NCBI GenBank assembly: GCA_963788655.1
Contig: CAWBHS010000057.1
Coordinates: 160,001 to 224,000 of the forward strand
Source of the DNA: an uncultured Verrucomicrobiae bacterium
Lineage (GTDB): Bacteria; Verrucomicrobiota; Verrucomicrobiia; Limisphaerales; JAFGQR01
Direction: 5' to 3'
Length of the DNA stretch: 64,000 nucleotides
The translations under genes were made by a program, and so were the position numbers. Each line of letters begins with the position of its first letter. Position 1 is the first letter of the stretch. The notes under the pieces were generated by a model that did not search any database, was not told where the DNA came from, and was given only the letters and a program-made list of their open reading frames with translations. This document shows positions 43,782 through 55,400 of the stretch, in pieces.

Positions 43782-46668
43782 AGTGTTTCAGTTTTCCGGG
43801 GTTACAGGTTCCAAACTCTTCGACGGCGGTAATGGTTTCGGTGCGCGGGCGCGGTCCGGGTTCTTCGGCGGCAAAGGCGCGTTCGAGCAATTGTTCCTGC
43901 TCGATCTGATGCGCGGCGGCGGAGCCGGTGGCCGGACTGGCCGAGGCCGGACGGCAGATGCCCGTGAACGGCAGGCGACCGAGGAACTCCATGCCCACAG
44001 TCACGCGGAGGTAGCGCCAGGCGCCCATGTTTTCCGGTTCCTCCTGCACCCAGATCACGTTGGTGCCATCGCGGCATTGCGCCAGCAGCGGTTCCAATTC
44101 CGCGCGAGGGAACGGATACTGTTGCTCCAGCCGCAGGATGGCCACTTCGTTGCGCTCGAGTTCTTCGCGTCGGGCGGCGAGGTCGTAATAAAACTTGCCG
44201 CTGCACAACAACACCCGGTTGGCCGCGGCCAGGCAGACGCCGCGCTGGTCGGGCAACACGCGTTGGAAGCGGCCGCCAGTCAAAGTCCTCGATCGGAGAA
44301 ACAACTTGGGGATGACGCAACATGCTCTTAGGCGTCATCACGACCAATGGCTTGCGCCACTTGCGCAAAACCTGCCGGCGTAACAAATGGAAAAACTGCG
44401 CGGGCGTCGTCGGCACGGCGACCTGGAGGTTGTCTTCCGCCGCGAACATCAGAAACCGTTCCAGCCGGGCGCTGGAATGCTCCGGCCCCATGCCTTCAAA
44501 ACCGTGCGGCAGCAGCAACACCAGTCCGCTCAATCGCCGCCATTTATCTTCGCCGCTCACGATGAAACTGGTCGATCATCACCTGGGCCGAGTTGGCGAA
44601 GTCGCCGAACTGCGCTTCCCAGCCCACCAAGCCATCGGGACAATCCAGGCTGTAGCCGTATTCGAAGCCCATCACCGCGAGTTCGGACAACGGGCTGTTG
44701 CTGATCTCGACGAGCGCTTGATCCTTCGCCAAGTGTTGCAACGGCATGTAGGTCCGACCGGTTTCGACATCGTGCAACACGGCGTGACGATGACTGAACG
44801 TGCCGCGTTCCGAATCCTGGCCGGTAAGCCGAAGACGATGGCCTTCAACCGCCAAGCTGGCCAGCGCCAGCATTTCGGCGGCGGCCCAGTCCAGGGGACG
44901 CTTGTCCCGGGCCATTTCGCGGCGAAGATCCAGCAGCCGCTGCAGTTTCGGAATGCACCTTGAAGCCGTCGGGCACTTCGGTCAGCCGTTCGAGCAATGC
45001 GACGGCTTGTTCGCGAGGCACGCCGGTGTCCACTTCATCCTCGCGCGGTTCGATGCCGCCCAGGTAGCCTTGCCAGACGCCGGTCAAGCTGCTGGGCAGC
45101 GAGGCGTGAAAATCGCCGCGAGCCTCGTTGAGTTGTTCCTCCAACAACTCATAACGCCGCCGGGCAATCTCGTCGGCTTCCGCGTCGCTGACTTCATCCA
45201 GTTTTCGCAGGTGCTTCAGGTAGCCTTCGCGCACCGATTTGCGTTCGCGAATGATGCGGTAGAGCAACGGCTGCGTGAACGAGGGTTCATCGCCTTCGTT
45301 GTGACCGAGGCGGCGGTAACAATACATGTCAATGAACACGTCGAGCTTGAATTTCTGCCGGAAATCCATCGCCAGTTGCAGGCAATGAGCCACCGCTTCG
45401 GGATCTTCACCGTTTACGTGCAGAATGGGCGAAGGCAGCATTTTGCACACGCTGGTCGAATACATGCTCGAACGGCCCTGCGTGGGTTGGGTGGTGAAGC
45501 CGATCTGGTTGTTGACGATGATGTGCAACGCTCCGCCCACGTGATAGGTGTCCAGGCGGCTGAGGTTCAGTGTCTCCTGCATGATTCCTTCGCCAATGAA
45601 CGCGGCATCGCCGTGGATCAGTAGTGGCATCACTTGATGGCGATCCAGGTCCATCAGGCGATCCTGTTTGGCGCGCACCCGGCCCAACGCCACCGGATTC
45701 ACGAACTCGAGGTGACTGGGATTGAAACAGAGCGAGAGATGAACCACCCGCCCCGCGCCGGTGGTGTAATCCCGGCTGTAGCCCAGGTGATATTTTACGT
45801 CGCCGCCGCCCAGGTAGAGATCGGGATCCTTGTCTTCGAACTCGCGGAAGATTTCGCGCGGGCTTTTGCCGATGATGTTGGCCAGCACGTTCAACCGTCC
45901 GCGATGGGCCATGCCGACCACGATTTGCTGGACGCCCTGTTCGCCAGCTTTCTCGATGGCCAGGTCCAGCAAAGGGATCAGACTCTCGGCGCCCTCGAGG
46001 GAAAAGCTTTTGGCGCCCACATATTTCTTGCGCACGAACTCCTCGAACACCAGCGCGTCGGTCAGGCGGGAGAGAATGCGCAACTGCTGCTCGCGGGGAA
46101 GTGGGGTGCGGTATTGCACGTTTTCAATCCGCTCCTGGAGCCAGTGGCGCACCTCGAGGCGGTCAATGTGCATGAACTGGACACCAAGCGAACCGCAATA
46201 CGTCTTGCGCAGCCGATCCACGATCTCGCGCAGCGTCAACCGCCCCTGCGCCTGCATCGTCTCGCAGACGAACTCGCGGTCCATGTCCGCCTCGGTGAAG
46301 CCGTAGTGCTCGACCTCCAATTCCGGCACGTGCGGCAGAAAATCGCTGAGCGGATCGATCTTCGCCCGAATGTGCCCGCGCACGCGATAGGCGCGGATCA
46401 GGCGGTCAACGCGATGTTGGAGACGGATCATCTTTTCCAACTCAGCATCATCAGTCGCCTGGCGCGCTCCGGTGGGATTGAACAAACTGCGGTGGGGAAA
46501 CGACGGTCCCAGTTTCAGCGTCCCATTTCCGGGTTCGCCATCGGCCAAGCCATCAAAATACGCTCGCCATTCCTCGGCGACGCTCGCGGGGTCGCGTGCA
46601 TAGTCCGCGTAAAGCGACTCGACAAATTCCACGCTGCTGGCATCCGGTAATCGGCTCGTCGTCTTCAT
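43699..46668 (-). CDS. sucA: 2-oxoglutarate dehydrogenase E1; frameshifts near 44955, 44560 and 44290; 3' end uncertain
   Basis: [54 protein letters not shown] and [12 protein letters not shown] motifs. Confidence 0.95.
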
Positions 46669-46810
46669 CTCTTTTTCTGCAACGAGGATACACAATAGTC
46701 GGGGCAAAGCAAAATGTTAGAATCAGCAGCCCATAGAAGAAGGGATCAAAAAGCCGAAGATTGAAGGCCGATAGCAGCGAGAAGCCGCCCGACGCAGAAT
46801 GGATCGTGGT

Positions 46811-46964
46811 CAGTCGCGCCAGCGTCTGGAGTGCGTGGAGCTTGCTCCCGCTTTTGTTGAGGGCCTGGCTCACCTAGACTGGCCAGTGGGCGCAAGCGTT
46901 TGATCGCTCTGTTCCAACCGAAAGCGCCGGCAAGCCGGGCGCACTCCAGACGCTGGCGCGACTG
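46811..46964. repeat. REP-like palindromic element (GGAGTGCG family), copy 2
   Basis: Perfect 25-bp inverted repeat CAGTCGCGCCAGCGTCTGGAGTGCG / CGCACTCCAGACGCTGGCGCGACTG. Confidence 0.85.
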
Positions 46965-47084
46965 CCCGGGCTGCTCCATGTCAGGCGGCAATCCATACGA
47001 GAGCGTTGGCCATGGTCGCTCGTCATTTTTGGCCCTTCTTGGGTGGCTCGATTTCGCTTACAAAAACGAAGTTACAGGTTCAAA

Positions 47085-47320
47085 GTCGAAAGAAATCCGA
47101 AGCCCGCAATCCGATTTCCGAAAACAAGGACCAAGTAGCAGCTTACGTTTCTGGAGCGCGGATGAGGGCATCCGCGCTCCGATTGGCTCTTGGCGCGAAC
47201 TCAGGAAAACACGAGTTGCCGCCACCCGGTTGACCTCCCGCCGACTTGAGCCCTTCGGGTCTCGATCCTCGGCCTTCGTTCAGAGCTCGGCTTTCGGCTT
47301 TCGGATTTGGCGCGCTTCGG
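47085..47320. repeat. Composite element: A-rich heptamers, a 12-bp hairpin, then T-rich heptamers
   Basis: CGAAAGAAATCCGAAGCCCG.. on the left; GGAGCGCGGATG-AGGG-CATCCGCGCTCC at 47153-47180; CTCGGCTTTCGGCTTTCGGATTTGG on the right. Confidence 0.65.
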
Positions 47321-47366
47321 TTTTGCACAGTTGCTTTCCCTCCTGATCCGGGTATAAACGCGCTCC

Positions 47367-48629
47367 ATGAAGCGATTTCCTTTAATCGCGTTTTTTGCCC
47401 TGATGTTTGCGATCTCCTGGGGCATCTGGTTTCCGCTGGCCGCAGTGATCCAGAATGCTCCGGACTGGGCGCGCTCCAGTCATTTGCCGGCCTTCCTGCA
47501 AGTGCTGGGCGCGTTCGGCCCCTGCTTTGCCGCGCTCGTGGTGACCGGCGTGGTGGACGGCGTGGAGGGCTTGCGGCAACTGTTCCGACGGTTGCTGGTC
47601 TGGCGGGTCAACGTGAGTTGGTATGTGGTGGCCTTGTTGCTGCCCGCGGCCATCTCGCTGCTGATCACGGTCATTCACATGATGTTTGGCGGTGACGCGC
47701 CGGATTTTACGAATCCGCCCATTTACGCCGGCTACGGGAGCTTGCCGCAATGGATGCAATCGTACACGGCCTGGACCATCTTGATTCCCGTGTTCCTGAT
47801 TCAACTCATCACCGGCAGTTCGGTGGGCGAAGAACTGGGCTGGCGGGGATTCGCCTTGACGCGCTTGCAGCGGCGGCTGAGCGCACTGGATGCCTCGCTC
47901 ATCATCGCGGTGGTCTGGGCCGTTTGGGCGCAACCGTTGTTCCATTTGCAGCGAGTGCAAGCCGGCCCCTGGCTCACGGTTGAGGATTTCCGCAACCTGC
48001 CCCGGCTCGTGCAGCGCCTTCAACGGGGAACTGACCCAGTATCGCGGTTGGTGCAACGCCGTTTGTCGCCGCCGCTGCGGAGCGTGCTGCTGGCTTCCGA
48101 CAGTTCGCCGGACAGCGCGAAAGCCCTCCAATTTCCCTTGCTCGTGGAACTCAACCAAATCCTCAATGGACCCTCGCTTTACGACGCGCAACGGTTCAAA
48201 GAGGTGCGCTTGTCCGCGGCCACCTATCGCTTGCTCGACTCGAAACCACAAGGGCTCCGGTTGGCTCGTTTGAACCGTTTGTTATTGCAGCAGGCTTACC
48301 CGGGGGACATTGGGAAGAGCTTCAGCGTGTATTTCCTACCGTTCATTCTGCTGCTGATTGGGGTGATCCCGGCGCAGATTCTGATTACTTGGCTCTACAA
48401 CAGTACCGGCGGCAGTTTGCTATTGGTGGTGCTGTACAACAATGCACTGAAAACCACCGACCTGTTCGTAGCCGCGCCGAACGCCGGCCAGGTGGTCTCG
48501 GTGGCGGCGTATTGGCTGGTCACACTGTTGATCGTTTCCGCCGTCGGCACCAAACGGTTAACCCTCCGGACGGTTTCCGCCGAAAAACCAACCAGTGATA
48601 CACCCGCTCAGGACGGGAGCTTGGCTTGA
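47367..48629 (+). CDS. CPBP/Abi (CAAX) intramembrane protease homolog with an inserted soluble domain
   Basis: GAFGP, WRV..WY, GEELGWRGF, WAVWAQPLF and TWLYNSTGGSL motifs; ~120-aa hydrophilic insert. Confidence 0.85.
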   Translation: MKRFPLIAFFALMFAISWGIWFPLAAVIQNAPDWARSSHLPAFLQVLGAFGPCFAALVVTGVVDGVEGLRQLFRRLLVWRVNVSWYVVALLLPAAISLLITVIHMMFGGDAPDFTNPPIYAGYGSLPQWMQSYTAWTILIPVFLIQLITGSSVGEELGWRGFALTRLQRRLSALDASLIIAVVWAVWAQPLFHLQRVQAGPWLTVEDFRNLPRLVQRLQRGTDPVSRLVQRRLSPPLRSVLLASDSSPDSAKALQFPLLVELNQILNGPSLYDAQRFKEVRLSAATYRLLDSKPQGLRLARLNRLLLQQAYPGDIGKSFSVYFLPFILLLIGVIPAQILITWLYNSTGGSLLLVVLYNNALKTTDLFVAAPNAGQVVSVAAYWLVTLLIVSAVGTKRLTLRTVSAEKPTSDTPAQDGSLA

Positions 48630-48801
48630 ACTACGGCAACACGAACCAATTCTCGTCAAGGCGGCGTTGAGAATCCGACAAGCGTGGATGGGTGAAGGAT
48701 TTGTTTTCAATGACGCGACCTGCAGGCCCCTCCAAACAGATGACATTTCCTTTTCTATGGGTGCGCCGGAAAGGGGCAACCGGCCTGCCAGCGATGCGTC
48801 A

Positions 48802-49062
48802 TCAATTGTTGCTGAAGTCGCCTGAAATCGGGATCGATCGCCGCCAATCCACTTCTGGGCCAACTGATCTCTCTTCCCATCGCAATAGGACAGCCGGATC
48901 AGTCTCCACGGCCTGAGGAGGTTCCAAAGACTCTTGGTGGCGATGGAAAAACCGGGTGAGTCGTTTCCGGGTTTCTTCAGCCCCGGCGTTGAACCCGTGG
49001 AGGTAGAAAACAACCGCAGCCGCCACGATCAGTCCCAAATAAACATAGTCTTTCGCAGTCAT
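48802..49062 (-). CDS. Small hypothetical membrane protein (86 aa)
   Basis: ATG start and an N-terminal TM YVYLGLIVAAAVVFYLHGF; fills an otherwise empty intergenic region. Confidence 0.5.
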   Translation of the reverse strand: MTAKDYVYLGLIVAAAVVFYLHGFNAGAEETRKRLTRFFHRHQESLEPPQAVETDPAVLLRWEERSVGPEVDWRRSIPISGDFSNN

Positions 49063-49492
49063 ACTTCTGCCGCCAGCGCGTCTGGCGAATCAGTGTTCGA
49101 AGGTCTAACTGCGGTGGTGAACAGCAAACAGGGTGCCGCGAGAAAGCAAAGCCGTGGTGGAGTCGCTAAAGTGGATTCAAATCCGCCATGCCAAGGTATT
49201 GAATTCTGAGAATCCTGGAACGTGAAACCCCAGATTGAGAACCTATCCTGCCAGGAAGGTATCGAAGTATCGCATCAGCGGGAGCTTTACGGTATTCGAC
49301 TCTTGGGCTTCTTTTGGAAATCGAACTTGAGACTTCGGGCTTTATGGCGCCAAGTCGCCCTCCTCGGCAAATCCCTGAAGCTCAACAAACTCCGATTAAC
49401 AGCCAACGCCCGGCAAGGCGGACAGCCGCGTCTCATTCCGAGCCAGGTTCGGGCCTGGAATGTCCAGGCCCGAGCCATTGGCCGGTCATTGA

Positions 49493-52400
49493 TTAATGTT
49501 CCACCACCCGATAGAACCGATGGGGTTGGCCATCGAGCATTTGCTCGAGACTGGCCGTGGTGCCGTTCAGGGTGACCTCGCCGGGCAACACCTTCCACTG
49601 GGCTTCCATGAGATTGTCTTTATACTCGACTTGGTAATTCTTGCCGGGAACCGCTTCCCAGGACAAGACCACCCGATCCGTACTGGCGGTAATGTTCAAG
49701 GCGATAGGAGCCGGGGTAAACTCCACTTGATCCACCCAGCCTCGATCCTGGCCGATGGCGCTGCCGTAATCCTTGACATAAACCCACCACAGTACGTGAC
49801 TGCCAGCCGGGATGGCGAACGCCTGTTGCTCCCAGTCCACGTCTCCAGAAATGTTAGTCTGCTCGACGCCGCCAGCGTAGAACCGCAGGAAGTCACGGTT
49901 GGTTTCGGAAGATACCTTCCACCAGAAAGTCAGCGTGCCCGGTCCCACTACCGTGGTTTCCAGCCAGGTTTGCTGATTGTCTTCGATCATGCCGCTGCGC
50001 GTCGCGTCTTCTCCATCGTGGGTCAGGTTGGTCTGCGCAAGCCAAACAGCGTTGCCGCCCGTGGTCCAGACCAGGTTCGTGGCGTCCAGGGCCTCCGCCA
50101 ATGACAACACTGCATTCGTCACCGTCAATTGCGCCGCGCCACTGGTGACGTTCCCGGCCGTATTGCTCACCCGCACCGAATAGGCACCGGTTTGATCAAC
50201 CTGCACTGTATCCAACGTCAATTGCGCGGTGGTAGCGCCGCTCACGGTGGCGCCGTTCGCCAAGTCCGCCCCGCCGAACTGCCATTGGTAGCTGAAGGGC
50301 GCGGTGCCGCTCACCGCCACCGAGAAGCTGACTGTCGCCCCGACGCGCACGTTCCGGCTCTGAGGCTGGCTCGTGATGGCCGGTGGGAGGAGAACCGTCA
50401 AGACCGCGTCCTCACTGGTGACGCTGCTGGCGGCGTTGTTCACCACGACCGAATAGGCGCCCGCTTGACCGGCTTGCACATTGGCCAGCGTCAACTGCGC
50501 CGTCGTCGCGCCGCTCACGCCCGTGCCATCCGTCAGGTTGTTGCCGTTCAGACGCCACTGATAATTGAGCGGCGGGGTGCCACTGGCGGCCACCGAGAAG
50601 CTGGCCATCGTGCCTGCAGCCACGGTCTGGCCTTGCGGCTGGCTCGTAATCTCCGGCGGCAGGATAACGGACAAGAGCGCCTCATCACTGGTGGTGTCTC
50701 CGGCGGCATTGCTCACCACCACGGTATAAGCGCCAGCCTGGGCGGCTTGCACGCCGGTCAGGGACAAGTGAGCCGTGGTGGCACCGCTCACGCCACTGCC
50801 GTTCACCAGGTCCGCGCCGTTGAACTGCCACTGGTAGGTGAACGGTTCGGTGCCCGTGGCTGCCACGTCGAACGTAACATTCCCGCCCAACGCCACGTTT
50901 TGGCTCGCCGGCGGGCTGGTGATTTCCGGAGTCATCGTCATGGTGACAATGGACAAACGGGCGCGCGAACTGACGATGCTGCCGGCCGCATTGCTCACCA
51001 CGACCGAATAGTTGCCAGCTTGGGCCAACGGCACGTTGCCCAGACTCAAATAGGCCATGGTGGCGCCGCTGACGTTGCCGCCGTTCACCAGATTGGTCCC
51101 GTTGAACCGCCATTGGTAAGCCAGCGGCGGCAAGCCCGTAGCGGACACGCTGAAGGAAATCGATTCGTTAGTGAGCACCGTCACACTGCGCGGCTGTTCC
51201 AGAATCGTTGGCAGGCGGTTCTGCGTAAAATTGACCGTGGCAAAGTCGTCGCCAGTGGCAACCGCTTGCGAACGGCCTGTCACCGCCACATGCCCGTCGT
51301 TCGCGACTGCAATGGCGTTGGCCACGTCCGCCAACCCAGCAAAGTCGTAACTCATCGTCCAGGCTTGATTACCTTGGGTGGTGTATTTAACCACCAGATA
51401 ATTTGTGTTGCCCGCGGTCTCCGTGGAACCTGCCACGAACGCGTTACCGGCCAAATCCAACGCCAACGAGGTGGCGTTGTCGTCACCGGCACCGCTATAG
51501 CCAATATCCCATTGTTTGTTGCCGGCGGCATCATACTTGATCGTGATCCAATCCCGGCCGTTGGCGGCGGTGGTGACAGTTCCCGCGACGAGAACATTAC
51601 CCGCCGCGTCAATGGCCAGCGCCCGTGCTTCGTCCTGATCATGGGCCGGACTGTCATAACGTTTCGCCCAAAGTTGGTGGCCGGCGGCATCATACTTGAC
51701 CGTGGCAAAGTCCGCCATGGTGCCAGTGCCCCAGGACGAGCCCGTGACGATCACGTTGCCCGTCGCATCCAGCGCGATGGCCGTGGCCATGTCGGTTTGC
51801 ACGGCGGGGCCCGAATACGTGGCCACCCACAGCACGTTGCCGGCGGAATCGTATTTCACGGTAGTAAAATCCATGCCGTTCGTCGTTCCAGTGGCGCCGC
51901 CCGTCACATACACATTGCCCATGGCATCGACGGCCAGTCCGGCAGCCTGGTCAAGATTTCCGGCCGGGCCATTGAAGCGCGCCGACCATAGCTTGGCGCC
52001 GCTGGCATTGTATTTGACCGTGTTATAGTCATTGGCGGTGGTGCCGGTGACATAGACATTGCCGGCGCTGTCCACGACCACCTTGCAAGCGGAGTCATCA
52101 CCCGCGAAGGAGAAACGCGCAACCCACAGTTGGTTGCCCTCGGATCCATACTTCACGGTGGCGTAATCGTAATTGCCGCCGAGCGATTGGCCGGTCACAT
52201 ACACGTTGCCAGCGTCATCCACCGTGATGGAATTGGCTGCATCGTAACCGTTACCCAGGCCGTTGTAACGCGCACTCCACAGTTTGGCGCCATCGGGCGC
52301 GTATTTGACTGTCAGATAATCGCTGCCGGACGATTCGCCCACGGAAACCCCGGTGACATACACGTTGCCGGCGTCATCCACCACCATCGCGTGCGCTTCA

Positions 52401-55400
52401 TCGGCACCGTTGCCCGTCCCGTCGTAACGCGCGGCCCAATCGGTTTCCACATCCGCCACCAAGGTCAACGCCGCCGAAGCGCTGGTGACCGTGCCATGCT
52501 GGTTGGTGACGACCACGGAATAGCTGCCGACTTGCGCGGCCTGCACATTGAGCAGGGTTAACCGGGGGGTCGCCGCACCGCTCACGCCGATGCCGTCGGT
52601 CAGGTTGGCGCCGTCGAGACGCCACTGGTAACTCAAGGGTTCGGTGCCGCCGGCGCCGACATCGAAACTCACCGTCGCGCCTGCCAACACAGTTTGGCTC
52701 ACCGGTTGGGTGGTAATCGAGGGCGGCAGATTGACCGTCAAATGGGCGGCCGAACTCGCCACGCTGCCGGCCACATTGGTTACGATCACCGTGTAATCAC
52801 CCGCCCGGGCAGATTGAACGTTCGCCAGCGTCAGACTCGGCGTGGTCGCGCCGCTTACGCCCGTACCGTTCAGCAGGTTGGCCCCGTTGAACTGCCATTG
52901 GTAGCTCAACGGCGCGGTGCCGGTAGCGGTGACGGTAAAGGTCGCCGTTCCTCCGGCTACCACGGTGCGGCTCTGCGGCTGGCTGGAGATCGCCGGCGGA
53001 ATATTTACCGTCAACTGCGCGTTAACGCTGGTCACGCCGGCCGCCGCGTTGGTAACCATCACCGAGTAAGTGCCGGCTTGCGCGGCCTGCACGTTGGCCA
53101 AAGTCAGGTTGGGCGTGGTCGCGCCGCTCACGCCGCCACCGTTCGGCAGGATGGCACCGTTGTAGCGCCATTGGTAGCTCAACGGCGCGGAACCGCTGAC
53201 GCCGACGCTGAAGGTGACGGTATCGCCCACCACCGCAGTTTGGTCGGTCGGTTGTCCGGTTATTACCGGCGAAAGGAACGCCCGCGCCTGGGTCACGGTG
53301 TACGGCTCACCCGCAATTACCAATACGCCCGTGCGTTCGGCCGGATCCGGATTTGCCGCCACGGTGTAGTTCACCGTGCCGTTACCGGTGCCGCTGGCCC
53401 CGGACGTAATGGTAAGCCAGGTATTCGTGCTGACGGCGGTCCAGTCACAACCGTCGATGGCAGTCACGCTGACTTGGGCGCTTTCCTGCCCTTCGCCATG
53501 GCTGCGGTTGGTGGGTGCAATTACGAAGGTGCAAGGCGCGCCGGACTGGGTTACCGGGAAGAGCTGGCCGGCGATATACAAGTTGCCAATTCGCGCGAGG
53601 CCGGTGGGATTGGCAGCGACCGAGTAGGAAATGGTCCCGCTATTAGTGCCGTTGGCGCCAGCGGTGATCGTGATCCAACTGTTGGTATTGCTCACGGTCC
53701 AACTGCACCCTTCGAGCGTCGTTAGACTAATCGCTCCGACTTCCGCGGTATGGCCATGGGAACCACTGGCAGGATTAAGGGTAAAGCTGCAATCCGCGCC
53801 GACCTGGGTCACCACGAAGGACCAGCCGCCCATTGACAGTTCCCCAACCCGAGTTAATGCGGTCGGATTAGCCGCCACGGCGTAACTCAGGGTGGTGCTG
53901 CCCGGGCCGTTGGTACTGGAGGTGATCGCGAGCCAATCGTTGGTGGTGTAAGCCGTCCAATTGCAGGTGCCACACGTAATAATGTCCACCGAACCCGTCT
54001 CCGCCCCGGCCCCGTGGACCCGTTCCGTTGGGGCAATCGCAAACGCGCGCTGGCTCATTGTGAAGATTTGGTCGCCGATGATAAATACGCCCGAGCGCTC
54101 GTTGACGCTAAGATTGGGCAACACGGTGTATTCAATCGGGCCGCTGCTCACTCCGTTGGTGCCGGCGGTGAAGATGATCCAATCGTTGGTGTTGATGATG
54201 GTCCACGGACAATCCGTGATGGTGGTCAGGGTTACATACGAACTGGCGCCGCCGTACCCGTGGGTGCGTTTGCTGGGCGACAAGTCGAACGTGCAGGGAA
54301 TCCCCTGCTGGCTCACCGTAAACGACAGTCCCGCCACCGCCACCACCCCGGTCCGCATCAGCGGGCTGGGATTGGCCGCGACGGAATAGTTCACCGTGCC
54401 CGGCACGGTGCCGCTCGCACCTGCTGTGATGGTGATCCAGGCATTCGTGCTGACGGCAGTCCATGGACAGCCCGGCACACCGGTGACACTGATCTGACCG
54501 GTTGCGGCACTGGACGAATGGACGCGATTGCTTGGCGTCAGCCCATAGGTACAAGGTGCTCCGTCCTGGCTCACGGTATAGGCCTTGCCGGCAACCGTCA
54601 TGACCCCGGAGCGCACCAAGTGGCTGGGATTGGCGCCCACGGTGTAGTTCACGGCGCCGTTGCCCGTGCCACTCGCACCCGAGGTGATCGAGATCCAGGG
54701 GTTCGTGTTGACCACCGTCCACGGGCAGTTGGTGAGCGTGGTGACACCGACCTGCCCGGTGGACGAAAGGTAGCCGAAGGCTTGATTGGTCGCCGAAATC
54801 GCGAACGTGCAGGGCGAGCCAAACTGCTGCAGCAGGAACGTTTGACCGGCAATGTCCACGCCACCAATGCGATCGTTCGGTCTCTGATTCTCTTGCACGG
54901 TGTAGTTGATGATGCCGTTGCCGGCGCCGTTGGTCAGACCGGTGAACACGATCCAGTCGTTCGTGTTGACCACGGTCCAACTGCACTCGCTCACCGTTAG
55001 CACGCTGATCTGGCCGGTCGTGGAGACGTAATCCACAATACGGTCCGTCGGCAGGAGGGTGTAGGTGCAGGGGCTGCCCAACTGGGTCACCAAGTACGCG
55101 TTATCAGCAATGTTAAGGTAACCACTGCGCGCGTTAGGGCTATAGTTGTCGGTGGTCGTGTAGCGCAACGTCGCCGAGCCAAGCCCACTGGCGCCGGCGG
55201 TGATCGTGATCCAACTGTTACTGTTGATGGTCACCCAACTACATTCGTTACTGGTGGCAACGCTCACCAAACCGGCTTCAATGCCGCTGCCGTGCAGACG
55301 GTTGGTGGGGGCAATGGCAAACGTGCAGGGCGCGCCATCCTGGGTCACCGGGAAGGCCTGGCCGGCGATGGTCAACGTGCCCGTGCGCGGGGCGGGAATC

